DNA of 64,000 bases from Eledone cirrhosa (GCA_964016885.1 OZ024747.1:27218001-27282000), one strand, 5' to 3'; positions 44,445 to 59,334 are shown, counted from the first letter of the stretch. Numbers and translations: made by a program. Notes: generated from the sequence alone by a model not told the origin.

Positions 44445-46050
44445 AAGTCGGAAGTGTTGGAGGATAAAGGAGTCAGGACCAGGTATGCAGATACTATTGC
44501 ATCCAAATTCAGGGAACTCCCTGAGCAAACTGGGGATATTGAAATGGAGTGGAAATTGTTTAATTCAGCAGTTTCTGCTTTAGCTGTTAAATGCTGCAGG
44601 CAAAGGAGGCTTGGTGTGATGCAGAATGGCATGAAGACCCCTTGGTTCAATTAAGAGGTAAAAGATGCCATCTGAGCATAGAAGGAGGCCTACAAAGCTT
44701 GGCTTGAAAATAAGTCCTCCTTCTTGCACTTGTGGTACAAGCAGGCATGAAGAATCACAGCAAAGATAATAAAGGCATCCAACACTAAGTCATGAGGACT
44801 TTGGGATTAAGCTGGAATCTGTCTTCAAATCAGCAAATAAAGTGTTCTTACAGACCATTCAACAACTTCATAATAAGAAGTCCTCCTCCACACCTACTAA
44901 CAGGAATGTGTCTAGGGTTCTCCTCTCTTCAGAGAGGTGCATCCTTGTGAGGTGGAGCGAATACTTTGCTGATCTCCTAAACCAAATCACAAAAGCATCT
45001 TCTGATGTACATGAGGTGCATCTGGAAGTGATGACTAATCTCTGGGAGGCTAAGGTCATATGAGCAATTACAGAACTCAAATGTGGCAAGGGCGCTGGGG
45101 AGGATGAAATTTGGCCCGAGATGTTAAAAGCCTTAACTAGAGAAGGTATTCTCTGGCTGACACATGTGTGTTGGGTGGCCTGCATCTCTGGAAAGGCACC
45201 TAAGCAATGACAGTTGGGAGTGATAATCCCAATTTTCAAAAAGAGATGTAAGAGAGATTGCTCTAATTATAGAGAGATCTCTCTTGTTAAGCCTCCCCAG
45301 TAGAGTCTACACTAAGTGTCTGGCAAAGAGATGTAGGAAGATTGTTAAGTCCAAGCTAGCTGATGAACAGTGATGTTTTCACCTCGGACACAGCACAGCC
45401 AACCAAATATTTACACTGTGTCATGTCTTTGAGAATTTGTAGAAGTGTATTCTTGCTTTGTCGACCTAGAAAAGGTATATGACTATGTACCACAGGACCA
45501 CTGTGGAAGGTTCTGCAGGAGTATGGAATCTATGGTTAGCATTCAGTAATCAGAAAAAGAGAGGTAGGTGAAAAAGCCAAACTCACTATCTTCAATTCGG
45601 TATTCATGCCAACCCTTACCTATGTTCATGAATCTAGGGAAATGATCAAAAGAATATGATCACGGACACAAGCAGCTGAAATAAGGTTCCTCCGAAGGGT
45701 CTTTGGAATAAAGTTACTTGATTGAGTGTGTAGCTCGGAAATCAGTGAGTCAGAGCTGTTACTTTTCTGAATTGAGAGATCATAGCTCTTGTACTATGGG
45801 CATATGGTTAGAATGTCTAAGGAATGAATCGCTCGACAGATTTTATCAGCAAAACCAACTGATAGAAGACCTAGGAGTAGATCTTGAGCAAGATGGTTGG
45901 ATAACATCTATGAGCTCAGCTGGTCTCGCTTGGAGATCCAGCCAGATCAGTTGGAAACGGTTGCTTCTGACAGGACCCACTGGAAGGAATGTTTGAGGAC
46001 TCTGCTCCCCCAACCCTCTCAGGAATATGTGGAAGAAGACGACAACAACG
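44445..46050 (+). mobile_element. Decayed RTE LINE of a second (Expander-like) family with internal deletion at about 45540
   Basis: TPWFN, GKGAGEDEIWPEMLKAL, NYR, CFVDLEKVYD and PTLTY.HES motifs with stops. Confidence 0.8.
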
Positions 46051-46059
46051 GTGCCAATG

Positions 46060-46095
<36 letters not shown>

Positions 46096-47154
46096 GAAAC
46101 ATATTGTACTTTGGGAGGGTCATGCTACCAATTAAAACACATGCACTGGTTAAATTTCACTTCAAGTTTATTAGTAATCACGCAACCAATCTTTCAATCA
46201 GCTGATTAATTAACTAATTAAAAAATTAATTGTTATAGCCTTTTTGTCATAGTATATAACCATATTGATGTCTCTTGCCATCTGTGTCTCCTGGAGTAAT
46301 AGTGAAGTAACTTTGGAAGAAAAAGAGACACAGAGTAATAATCATTGATAAGGTCACAGGATGTGATGGAAGTACTTGGACAATTAATTAATTAGTTGAT
46401 TGTCCAGTTGATTGATAGATAAATAACTGAATAATAATAATAACAAAATCTGAAGTGAAACTCAACTGGTGTGTGCTTTTAATGACCTTCCCAGAATAAG
46501 CATTATCTTTCTATCTTGTTTGTCTCTCAGTGTTTTAATAATGATGATGATCATTATTTTTATATCTGTTTTTCTATGGCTTGGTTGGGTCCTTTCTAAA
46601 ACAGCATCTCTCCACTTGTTACATTCTTTTGTCATTTCCTTTTTGAGGCTCACCATCCTCAGATCAGCTGTATCTATTTCTGCCCATGTTTTTCTTGGTT
46701 TTCCTCTACTGCAGCTTCCTTCCACTTCTCTTTCTCATTTGTCATCTCCTTTGTAATATTTAACATACTGAGATCAGTATTCACCACTTCTGCCTACATT
46801 TTCTTTGGTCTTCCTCTTCCACAGTTTTCTTCCAATTGGAACTTTTTATAGTTCTGCCAACAATTATCAACCATACACATTACATGTTCATACCAGCGCA
46901 GTCTCCCTACACAATACATCTGAGTTTTTTTATGTCCACTTTTTCTCCCACCTTATCTATTCTTCATTGTTTATGCACAGTTTTTTTATCTGTCTGCTTG
47001 TATTTACCAATATGTTTCTCTATCAATCTGTCTGACCATATCTCTCTCTCTCTCTGTCTGTCTGTCTGCCTGTCTGTTCATCTGTCTCTATCTCTATCCA
47101 TCCACCCATCTCTTGACAGAGGAAGAAAAGGTAAACAATGTGGGATTTACATAT

Positions 47155-47440
47155 CCACCACCACCATACATGACCACCACCATACACTACCACCCTCCAC
47201 TATAACCCACCATCCACCATCACTATCTACCACCTATTACCATCCATCCACACCACCACTACTACCCCACCACCCACTATTACCCACAACCCACTATTAC
47301 CTACCACTACTACTACTACTACCCGCCACCCACTACTACTCACCACCACTACTACCCACCACTCACTACTACCCACCACCCACTATTACCAACCCCCACC
47401 ACCCACTACTACCCACTAACCACTACCACCCACCATCCAA
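47155..47440. repeat. (CCA/CTA)n low-complexity repeat
   Basis: Direct reading. Confidence 0.85.
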
Positions 47441-47982
47441 CTGTTTCTCTTTCATTACACATTCTTTGTCCTAAATTGTGAAGGAATTATTTCAGTAACT
47501 TAAACTGTTTCTTTCAAAATGTTGGGTTCTGGTTGTTTAGGTAAGAAAGATTGAAGTAGAAGCAGTTTGTAGCCTCCTATATAACTTTATATAATTAAAA
47601 TAGCTTCCCTATCAAATGTCTGAGCTGTATGATACAGAAGAACTTATTAATACAGTTGATCATGATTAGTCTTCTGCTGAGACTAAAAGATTATCTTGTA
47701 GTAGCTAACTTCTTCTAAAGCTATTTTTAGCTGAGATTTGGCATGCAAAAAATGTATGAAAGATACCCACTCTTTTTTAACCAGAAAATTCATGTATAAT
47801 ATAATTTTTCAGGCAGATGTTGTTGTTGTTCAATTTCTTAAGGTATACTTTGCTTGTTGGAAGCAGACAATACTTAAAAAAAAAAAACATAACATACTAC
47901 AGCAACATTAACCAAACTTACATGCCTCTTACGTTATATAAGTTTCAATATATATTACCTACACCTGTTATTTATTAAATAG

Positions 47983-48028
<46 letters not shown>

Positions 48029-49729
48029 AGGTGGCAAATTGGCAGAGTCATTAAGACGTTGGATAGAATGCTTTACGGTATTTGTCCCACCTCATTGTGC
48101 ACTCTAAGTTCAAATCCCGCCGTGGTCAACTTTGCCTTTCATCCTTTCAAGGTCGATAAAAAAAAAAGTAGCACTGGGGTTGATTCTTCCTCTATAGAAA
48201 AAAATCGACTGTGTTCAGACCTGGAGAGGGTTGGGTTCCACCAGGTTTAAAAGTGCCCTAAACACAGTGTATGACAGTGCTTCTACAACTCCACAAGGAG
48301 TTATGGGATCTTTATCTTTTATATATATATATCCATGTATAAGTCACACTGGTAGATGTGTACCATATATATTTTTAAGTAAGGTTTTGGAGGCTCCAGT
48401 AGATAAGTCACAAACTTGTTTTTGTATGTTGTACTTTAGTGGGAAAAGTATATACAGTATATAAAAAGTCAAATTTGATATAACTTCTAAAATATTATAT
48501 AAGTTCATCACTGATTTACCAATATCCTTCGATGGCCTAGTGGTCAGGATGTTAGACTCACAATCATAAAGTCATGGGTTTTGTTCTTGAGCAAGGTGCT
48601 TTATTTCATGCTGTGTTTCATTATAAGACTAGGCCCTTTTCATTAAAACAGTTGAGAGGCCACATATGAGATGCAACCTCATAGGAGGTCAGCCAAAACT
48701 ACATAAGTGTGAGCTGTAATAACAATATGATATGACTGGAGCCCCATCATAAAAACACCCAAGAAACCTCCCATGAGATGCAACCACACAGGAAGTCAGC
48801 TGAACCTGCATAGGAATAATCTGTAATAATAACAGGATAAGACTGGGGCTTCTATCATTAAAACACCCAAGAAGCCTCCCATAAAATGCTAAACTTGCAT
48901 AGGTGTGAGCTGGAATGCAACATGATAGGATCACTTGTTGACTACATGGAGAAAATATTTAACCCTTTTGATACCAACCAGGCCCAAACCAGCTCTAGTT
49001 CTTTGAAACAAAACCACCCATTTTAATAAGTTCCTATTTAAATTTAAATTTTCCAGTATAACTTTATAGAAAAACCATATTTTAAATTACTATATTTGTA
49101 ATGAATTAATAATTTTAGAAAATTGCTAAAAATTCTTCATTAATTAATTGAAAAAGTGTATTTCATTCACAAGTAGGTCAAAAAGGGGTTTTAATTAAAT
49201 CTAATGCCTGACATTAATATCTTATCATGAATTGCAGGTGTCACAAAAAGTGACTGTCCAAATTTGAGGAGCATTAGAAAATGTACCAGACCCTCCGTTG
49301 CTGGAAATCTGTTGTACTTGTATATGTTTGATAGTGGTCATATAATTGAAAACTGGATCTTTGAATTCACATGAGCTATATCTCTGGCAGTTTCCAATTC
49401 TCTTTAGGCATTTTCTTAGCTGTTGTTAGGCCTCAGTATCATCTTTATCATTATTATTTGTATGTCTGCTCTTTTGGGCTTGCATGAGTTGGACAGGTTC
49501 TCTCCAGCACAGCTTCTTGCCACTTGTATTGTTTTGAATTCTCTTTTGTGAGGTTCATCGTCCTGAAATCAGTTTTCACCACTTCTACTTCCTCTTCTAC
49601 AGCTTTTTTCTATGTAGAACCCCTGACATATCTTTACTCAACTATCATCATCCATACACATTACATGTCACTGTCAGAATAATCTTATTTCTATCATTCA
49701 ACTCCTCTTATGCCCAGTTTTTCTCTCAA

Positions 49730-50340
49730 CTCATCTGTACTTTGTGTTAGAAACTTTCTTGTCTTCCTGTCAAACTCCTTTAGCTCGTCCTTTGTCCACT
49801 CCAAATTCCAGCTCCATGCCAGACCATTGCAACTACATGAGAGTTTATTGCCAAAATTGTTTCCAGCATTCAGCTTTGAATCCAACATCTTTCTCAACCA
49901 TTGCAGATACTCTTTCTTTGTCTTCTTTTTCATATCATCATGCTTAATTCTATTTCCCGCAAGTATTCCCAGGTATTCATATCCAGATTCAGGCTCAATT
50001 GTCTTTCACCACTTGGCATACTTATGCTGTCTGCCTGGAGTCAATCAAATTGTGGCTCTATTCCTATGTCACACCACTACCACACTGGCCTATTGAATAG
50101 CTTTCATTCCTTCATGTTTTAGGGCACCTATCTTAACTCTGACAATTGCTGGCTTCATGTTTCACATTGAAGAAATGGTGAAGGGCCATACTTGCTGCTA
50201 GCATGTTGGTCACAATGGCTTTTCTAATTTGTTTACTAGCTCTCTCTAGTCTAGTTTTTTCTATTGCTACTGCTTTCAACTCTACTCTGATTGCCCTCTT
50301 CAGGATGTTCTAGCACAAGTTGTTGATGATGGCCCCTGTC
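49730..50340 (-). mobile_element. Dong/R4-type LINE fragment
   Basis: KKEYLQWLRKMLDSKLNAGN...WTKDELKEFDRKTRKFLT and YEYLGIL. Confidence 0.75.
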
Positions 50341-50369
50341 AACTACCTCTTAACTAATTCACTAAATAA

Positions 50370-50815
50370 TAATGATTTCTACTTTAGGCACAAGCTCAGT
50401 AATTTGGAGGGAGGGGAAAAGTCAATTAAATCAACCCCAATACTTGACTGATTTCATGAACTCCGAAAGGATGAAAGGCAAAATTGACCCCAGCAGGATT
50501 TGAATTCAGCGCGTAAAGAGCTGGAGCAAATGCTGCAAAACATTTAGTCCAACAGTCAAATGGTTCTGCCAATCCACCACCTTCATTCAATAAATAATAA
50601 TTGTTTCTACTTTAGGCACCATGCCAGCAATTTGAAGGGGAGAGGAAAGTCGATTAAATTGACCCCAGTGCATTACTGGTGCTTTATTTTATCGACCCTG
50701 TAAGGATGAAAGGCAAAGCTAACCTTGGCGAGATTTGAATTCAGAATGTAAAGGGCTGTAATTCTATGCCACAAAGCACAATGTTCGGCGCTCTACCGAT
50801 TCTACCAATCCAGCT
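50370..50815 (-). mobile_element. Two tandem family-A SINEs
   Basis: Reverse complement of the 11157 consensus, twice. Confidence 0.85.
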
Positions 50816-50910
50816 TAATTCAGTAAATTATAATAACGTAATTGATGTGTTGTAAATATCAATAGAATATTTGTGAAATGTGATTGTATAATATTTCTTG
50901 TATTTTTCAG

Positions 50911-50999
50911 TTTGTGAATATTATGCACACATTGATTGTCAAGACTTTGTTGTGAGTGATTGTAAAGAATGTGCTACATATATTCCACAAAGAGATCTG
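50911..50999 (+). CDS. DGKQ: Diacylglycerol kinase theta exon (end of C1B)
   Basis: tttttcAG|TT TGT...GAT CTG|GTgagt; (I)CEYYAHIDCQDFVVSDCKECATYIPQRDL; 89 nt, phase 1 to 0. Confidence 0.93.
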
Positions 51000-52093
51000 G
51001 TGAGTATTTCTCTTTCTCTTTCTTCTCCCCCCTCTCTCCTTCTCTCTCTTCTGTCCTCTCTCTCAAAAATAATACAAATGCAATTTTAAGTGAAAGAGGA
51101 ACAAAGCTTACATACTGACAGTTAAGGACAAACTGTAGGAATAAGAGATAGAGTGGAAGAAAGAGAAAGTAAGGATAACAAAAAAAACAAAGAATGAAAT
51201 ATAGGAGAAGAAAAAGTAAGATGTGGTAATAATGAGAGAATGAGGGTGGTAGTAAGAAGTAGAATTGTAAAACACATTGAATCAGCCCTGTGATGGTAGT
51301 GGAGAAGAAAGTGATAGCTACATACAAAAAGAAAGAAGATAGTGGAGCATACAAAAGAAAGAGGGAGGAGAGAGTACAGACTAAAATGTGATAAGGAGTA
51401 GGAAAGGATGCTTAAAGTTTTATGTGAGAGATGGGACAGACTGACATTTCCAAATATACAATTGATTACTGCCCTGTTTTTGAAAAAAGGAAAAACAGTT
51501 AACCAGAGATTTGATAAAATATTTATTTATGTTGATGATTGTAAAGTTGTAGTGCTGGTTCCATGATAAAATGCACCCAGTATACTCTATAAAGTAATGC
51601 TGGTGTCATGGTAAAATATACCCAGTACATTCTGTAAAGTGGTTGGCATTAAAAAAGGCATCTAACTATATAATAAGTCAAGAGGTCTCTTCAGTTGTAA
51701 CAAGAGCACAACAAATTCCCTAATGTTGCTGCCAGAATAAAATGCACCCAGTACACTCTGTATAGTGGTTGGTGTTAGGAAGGGTATCCAACCATAGAAA
51801 ACTTGCTGATCAAAGGGTTGAGAGGATTCAAGGGCACAACAACATCCTTGGTGCTGGTGGAATAATAAAATGTACCCAGTCCACTCTGTAAAGTTCTTGC
51901 AGGACTCCAGCCCATCTGAGAGATAAATCACTGACATGGTTTGTGACAATCTGCCCGATGCATGCCAGTATGGAAAAATGGACATTACATGATGATGATG
52001 TATGTTCAACCATGTAAGGTGAAGGGGATGAGGGGAGGGTACTGTAGTTTCCAATTGTATGTTTGTAATTTTCAACACTTTCTTTCTCTCTAG

Positions 52094-52225
52094 TTAACTA
52101 TTGTCCATTTCCACCATTGGAGAGAGGGGAATTTACCAGCCAACTCAAAATGTGTTTCCTGTAAAAAGACTTGCTGGTCCTCAGAGTGCCTGGCAGGTAT
52201 GCGGTGTGAGTGGTGTGGTGTCACA
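52094..52225 (+). CDS. DGKQ: Diacylglycerol kinase theta exon (C1C, first part)
   Basis: ctctctAG|TTA...ACA|GTaagt; LTIVHFHHWREGNLPANSKCVSCKKTCWSSECLAGMRCEWCGVT (HHWREGNLP is a DGK signature); 132 nt, phase 0 to 0. Confidence 0.95.
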
Positions 52226-52249
52226 GTAAGTATCTTCCCCCCCCCCCAT

Positions 52250-52351
<102 letters not shown>

Positions 52352-53950
52352 CATCCCTTTTCCACAACAGGAGACTGGACTGGTAGAGAGTCGGACGCCA
52401 TGCTTTGAAGCATAGAATTATGTCCCTTTATGATCTGAGTTCAAATCCCGCCGAGGTTAACTTTGCCTTTCACCCTTACGGGGTCGATAAAATTAAGTAC
52501 CAATAATGTACTGGGTAATTGCTGGCCTTGTGCCAAAAGTAGAAACAATTATCTAGTAGAGTAGTGGAGTTAGTTGAAGCAAGAGCAGCAGCAGCTGTGA
52601 TGACTGCCTGGGAATAAGTTCATTCATAATATTTGAGTGTAATAGTAAAGCAACAGTTAGAAGTATTAGCAGCAACAGTGGTTGTCTGCCTGGGAAATCT
52701 CAGTGATGTGTTAACCACACTAGTGAAAGCAAGGTTAACAAATTGTAAACTGTTTATTTAGTTGTTTCAGTCTTCTCTGTTGACTAACTCTCAGCAAAAT
52801 GATTTCAGCTGGCTACTATAAACCAACACTTCAGACTTGACTTCTTCAACACAGCTAAAATATTTATGTTAAAATACTTTCTGTTTATTTTGATGATGAT
52901 AACAACAATAATAAGAGGGGTTGAAAGTTGAACTCAAGAATCTACACCTCACAAAAAAGATGACAAAGGAATGAGACATGTGGAGAGATGCTGTACTGAA
53001 GAGAATACAATCTAACCCAAGCAAACATTGAAAAATTGATATAAAAACACTGGTGGTAATGATGATGATGATAATCATTGCTTCTAATTTAGGCACAAAG
53101 CCAGCAATTTGGAGGGTGGGAAAAGTACTTGACTGGTACTTTATTTTATCAGAAGGATGGAAGGTGAAGTTGTCCTTGGTAGGATTGGAACTCAGTACAT
53201 AAAAAAGCTGGAATAAATCTTGCAAAACATTTGTCTGATGCTCTACCAATTCTGCTAATCTACCATATTATAATAATAATAGTAATAATAATAATAGTAA
53301 TAATAATAATTATTATTATTATAGGTGAATTGGCAGTATTGGTAGAGGGTCAGACATGCTTTCCAGCGTAGTTACGTCCCTTTACGATCTGAGTTCAAAT
53401 CCCGCTGAGGTTAACTTTGCCTTTCATCCTTACAGGGTTGATAAAATAAAGTACCAGTAATGTACTGGGTATTTGCTGGCCTTGTGCCAAAAGTAGAAAC
53501 AATTATAGTACAGACTAGTGCAGCGGATTGGCAGTATCGGTAAAGCGACAACATGCTTCATGGCATAGAGTTACGGGCCTTCACATTCTGTGTTCACATC
53601 CCACCGAGGTTAGCTTTGCCTTTCATCCTTATGGGGTCGATAAAATTAAGCACCAGTAATATACTAGGGTCGATTTAGTCGACTTTCCTCCCCTCCCCTT
53701 CAAATTGCTGGCCTTGTGCCTAAAGTAGAAACAATTATTATTATAGTACAGACTGGCAGTGGATTGGCAGTATTAGTAGAGGGTCAGACGCCATGCTTTG
53801 CAGCATAGTGTTACAGCTCTTTATGGTCTGAGTTCAAATCCCGCCGGGGTTAGCTTTGCCTTTCATCCTTACGGGGTTGATAAAATAAAATACCAGTAAT
53901 GCACTGGAATAATTGCTGGCCTTGTGCCAAAAGTAGAAACAATTATTATA

Positions 53951-54370
53951 CAGACTGACCAAAAATGAGAGCACAATAGACTAGATGTAACAGTAGTTGA
54001 CAAGATTAACGAGATATGTATACTAATTGATGTGGCTTGCCTATTTGATTCAAGGGTAACAAATAAAGAAGCAGAAAAGGAAGAAACATACAACCCTTTG
54101 AAATAGGAAATTACAGGGATATGGAATATGAAGTGTGTCGAGATATTACTGATAATTGTGAGAGAATTGGGAAGTGACAAAAGATATTGGAAGACACTTA
54201 AAGAAATTTGTCATTATATGTCCAGTTGAACTATTGCAAAAAAGATGCCATCTTGAAACAGCTGAGATAATCAAAAAAATATTTGACAGCTGAATGTTAT
54301 CTGTGCAGTATTGTACCGTAGGCCGCAGGCAGCAAGCCCAGGATTTCATTCTAAGCCTGAACAAAACCAA
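53951..54370 (+). mobile_element. Dong/R4-type LINE 3' end (restriction-like endonuclease domain)
   Basis: QTD..EHNRLDVTVVDK..ICILIDVACLFD...KEAEK..Y..L, followed by (TAA)n. Confidence 0.75.
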
Positions 54371-55309
54371 AATAATAATAATAATTGTTTCTATTTTAGG
54401 CACAAGGCCAGCAATTACCCAGTACATTACTGGTACTTTATGTTATCGAATGGTTTCTTATATAGGCACAATGTGGGGGGAGGGGAAAGTCGATTAAATC
54501 GTACTTTATTTTATCGACCCCATAAGGATGAAAGGCAAAGTTAACCTCGGCGGGATTTGAGCTCAGATCATAAAGAGCCATAACTCTATGCTGCAAAGCA
54601 TGGCATCCGACCCTCTACCGATACTGCCAATCCATTGTTTCTACTTTAGGCAAAAGGCCAGTAATTTGAAGGGGGTGGAGTCGATTAAATTGACCTCAGT
54701 GTGTTATTGGCACTTTATTTTATTGACCCGTAAGGAGGAAAGGTAAAGCTAACTGTGACAGGATTTGAACTCAGATCGTAAAGAGGTGTAACTCTATGCT
54801 GTAAAGCATGGTGTCCGATGCTCTATAGATACTGCCAATCCACCAATAATAATAGTAATAATGAATTGTTTATTAGTCACACAGGGCTCACATTAAGAAA
54901 ACATGAAAGACGGCACAGGACAGCACAGTGTGGGTTTTTGTGTGTAAAAAGGTTAACAAAAACTAAAAAAAAATAAATATTTAAAAATCAAACAAAAACC
55001 AAATCTCCAATAGGAGAAGACCTCTGAGGGTCAAATGTAGTGAAAGCTCACAAAAAGCCAAGGTCACCCTGATCACTAGGGCAAGTGCCCTCTCTCAGTT
55101 GTCCTCTCTCAGTTGTCCTCCTCCAATTTACAGGTGCACACTCAGAGCAAATAATAAAATAATAATTGTTTCTACTTCAGGCACAACGCCAGCTATTTTG
55201 GGGGAGGGGAAAGTCGATTAAATCGACCCCAGTGCATGACTGCTACTTTATTTTATCGACCCCGTAAGGTTGAAAGGCAAAGCTAATCTTCACAGGATTT
55301 AAATTATAA

Positions 55310-56612
55310 TAATACAAAATTAACATCTACTGTAAACCTGATTTGTAAAGATATTGGGAAGGAGTTTGGTATAAAAAAAATGTAGTATTGTAACTCTGAA
55401 ATATGGAAAACTAACAAAGAGTAGAGGAACTGAGCTTGCAAATCACCAGAGTATTAAAGAAGGAGAAGGATACAAGTATTTGTGAGTCTTTGAGTTGAAT
55501 AAGATCAAAGAGAAGTAATGGTGATGTTCAAAAAAGAATACCTCAGGCAGGTGAGATTTGTAATGTTGTCTAAATTGAATGGAAGGAATAAGATCAAGGC
55601 AATGAATACATGGGCTGTGTTTCTCATGTGGTATGGGGTAGGAGTTATTAAATGGAGGGAAAATGAATTGGAAAGTATTCATAGAAAAACTAGGAAATTG
55701 ATGACAGTGCATAAAGAACTCCATACAAAGAGTGATGTCACAATATTTTATGTTGGTATAAAATAGGAGGAAGAGGACTAATAAGATGTGAAAATTGTGT
55801 CAAAAGTGAAGAAAACAACCTAGCTTGGTACCTTAAAAATGTAAAGGGTAACATCATTTCAAAAGTAAGAGACTTTGACACTGAAATCTGCTGATGCTGT
55901 AGCACCTAATGAATGTAAGAATCGAGTGAAATAAGAACTTGAAAAGGAATGGGAGGATAACCTTATGTATGGACAGTACACTAGAGATAAAATCGGTATT
56001 GATTGGGAAAAGAGCTGGTCATAGCTTAAAAATGGTGACATGAAAGGATGCACTGAAGCTCTGGTGTGCGGCACCCAGGAGCAGACTCTTCAAAGTAACT
56101 ACATTAAATATCATGTTAACAAAATGATAAAATCACCATTATGTAGAATGTTTGGAGCAAAAGGAAAAGTGGTCAGCCATATTGTAAGCAAAGTTGGCAT
56201 ATCAAGACGACATGATAATATTGCCAGATATATCCATTGATGGTATCTGAGAAATGTGGTTTTGTCAGAGCAACTAAATAGTATGAACAGAGACCAGTAG
56301 GGGTGTTACAGAATGACAAATTTAAGCTTATGTGGTACTTTACCATTCAATGCAACAGAATGATTGAGGCAAGAAGGCCAGACATTATAGTTGTGAACAA
56401 GAAGAAAAGAAACTAAAATCAATATATCTGTCCTAAGAGATAGAGTAAATCATAAAGAACATGAAAAGATAGAGAAGTATGAGCCACTGAAGGAGGAGAT
56501 TGAAAAGTTATGGGGGATGAGGAAGGTTTTAGTGATTCCAGTGGTGATCAGAGCTCTGGAATGCATATTGGACAGTTTTGAGGATTGTGTAAATAGAATC
56601 AGAATTGATGCA
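55310..56612 (+). mobile_element. Dong/R4-type RLE LINE fragment, decayed
   Basis: SKLNGRNKIKAMNTWAV, GGRGL, CRM..AK..VSHIVS (CCHC remnant), RHDNIARYIH, ARRPDIIVV. Confidence 0.85.
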
Positions 56613-57267
56613 AGGTTTCTGATTTAGGCACAAGGCCAACAATTCTGGGGGAGGGAAGTTGATTAAATCGACCCCAGTAGATTACTGGTGATTTATCATA
56701 TCGACCCCATAAGGATGAAACGCAAAGCTAACCTCAGTGGGATTTGAACTCAGAACATAAAGGGACCTAACTCTATGATGTGAAGCATGTAGTCCGATGC
56801 TCTACTGATACTGCCAATCCAACGCCTTACCTGTCTGTCTTATAATAATAATAATCTATATTATAATAAGAGTAATAATAATAATAAGTGACAACAACAA
56901 CATCAGCAGCAGGAACAGTTACTGTTAACTACAGAAATAACATCTACAAAATGTTAAGATTAGTTACTCTCGCATATCAACATTGCTACTAACATCATAT
57001 GCTACAATACAAAAAAACAAACAAACACATACACCTTGGGTGGTATCGCCCCAGGCACCCATATTGCAAGAATTAAACCTTCTTTCTGGGTGGGGTGAGG
57101 TGAAGGTGAAAAGCGATTAAAAAAAACAACACTGTTAATCCTTTTTTTAGGTGGGAACAGTTTAATGAATGATTCACATAAAAACTGCTTAAATCTCATT
57201 TGCTGTAATTTTAATCACATAATCAACAATGTACACATACATATACACATGCACAAACACACCACAT

Positions 57268-57326
<59 letters not shown>

Positions 57327-59334
57327 CACACACACATATATACACCAAGCTTTTAAGGTAATTTTCTCTACTAAAGCTAGGGTTAGCCCTCCGGGTGGTG
57401 ACAGGCTTCTCTATTTTTCCCTATTTGTTGCATCCCCCTCACCAACATGGGTTTTACAGACACACACACACACACACATGCACTCTACACATACACACAC
57501 ATGCACTCTACACACATACACACACAGTTGATGTTTAATCCAATACTCAGGTCACACTGCCTCTATCTCTGTCTCACACACTCACTCTCCTTGTCATGTA
57601 GTGAGACCAGCAAATATTTGTGGTTGTCAACTGGTTAATGTAGTGCAGGTAGTAGTAGTAGTGGTGGTGGTGGTAATTGTAGTTTGATGTTTCTGAAAAT
57701 CCCCTATTTCACTCAACTGTTGCTGTTGTGATATATCATCATCATCATCGATTAACGTCTATATTCCATGCTTGCATGGGTTAGACGGGTTTGTCCCATT
57801 TAGAGGCAAATTAGGTTGGGTGACCGTGTTTTGCCCATATAGGAGAGTTTCTGGCTGGTTTTCTACGGCTGGATGCCCTTCCTAATGCCAATATATATAA
57901 CCTCCCTCCCATACCTCACAGAACTGTTGTACTTGTAGTTGTTATTGCTGTAAGATATATATCTCAAGCTCCCCACTCTATATCTCATTCACATGTGATT
58001 GTTGTTGTAGTTAATATTATTGCTGTTTTTGTTGTTAGATATATATCTGAAACCCCTACCTCAATACCTCACTCAACTCTTGTTGCAATGATTACAAAAT
58101 TCTGAAAGAATTTTATCTGAAGAAATTATAATTTACAAACAAAAACAGCTAAATAGCTAAATAATTAAAATAAACTAAATAAAAATACTATTTGTATTTG
58201 TTTATTTGAATGCTGTCATCTTGTCAGGGATGTATTCTGTTTTGAAATCTCATCAAATATTTCCTGGAATTTCTCATTAGATTAGAATCACAAATGTTTT
58301 GCATATATTAAAATCTTAGAATTTTTTCACTAATTTTTCAAAAAAGCCACAATGAAGAAACTGCCAAACTTTTTTTCATATATTATTTGACCCTTTTGAT
58401 AACACAGCCAAACCTTCCAACATAATTTTCTAGAAAAACTTTTTATGTTACATATAACATTTTAATAATGAAATAATTCATAATTTTAGTAAATTTCTTC
58501 TTTAATTAATTCAAATACAGAGTATTTCATTAGAAATATGGTAATAAAAGAGTTAATTCTTTACAAAGTTCACTTTTTATTTAAAATACAATTTATATTT
58601 TTAAAATCTGTAAAGAAATGTGTAACATTTCTCACGAGCTATTTTGAGAGAAACTATTTTAGAATATGATTAATATAATTATAAATTTTTGTCCTGTGAT
58701 TAATAAATTATTTTTACTCTTTTGATACTAACCCAGCCAAAGCCAGTTCTTATTCAATGAAGCAAAACCACAAATTTTAAAGTCTTCCTATTTAAGTTTA
58801 AATCTTCCAACATAATTTTATATAAGAACTGTATGTTAAGTTACTATTTTAGTAATGAAATCATAATTTTAATAAATCCCTCAACATTCTTCATTAGGTA
58901 ATTAAAATAGAGTGAAGTTCAATAAGAAATATGGTGACAACAATTTGTACACTTAGTACAATTCAGGTCAATTGGCAGACTCATTAGAATATGGGATCAA
59001 ATGCTTTACTAGTTGTTCTGGCTCTCGGCACTTTGGGTTCAAATTCTGCCAAGGTCAACATCACTATCATTGTAGGATCAATAAATAAACTATTATTCCA
59101 GCAGGGTTGGTAGTGCATTTACAGAATTTTTAAAGAGTCAGGTGTGTAGATTCGCAGTATCTTTTCCATCTCTGCCTTCTCATTTCAAATCCTGCTTATT
59201 ACTATTTATTATTATGGTGGTGGTGTTGTGGTTTCCATATTAATAAATATTAATAAATTATTATGTAACATTTACCTTAGATTTGTACAACTATTTCAAA
59301 ACATCCTATTATATTTTCTCTCTCACACATACAC

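Larger units (their letters stand above)
52375..56825. mobile_element. Dense family-A SINE cluster (about 9 copies, both orientations)
   Basis: Plus: 52375-52552, 53323-53507, 53523-53745, 53757-53950. Minus: 53075-53265, 54380-54635, 54635-54845, 55160-55305, 56615-56825. Confidence 0.85.
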
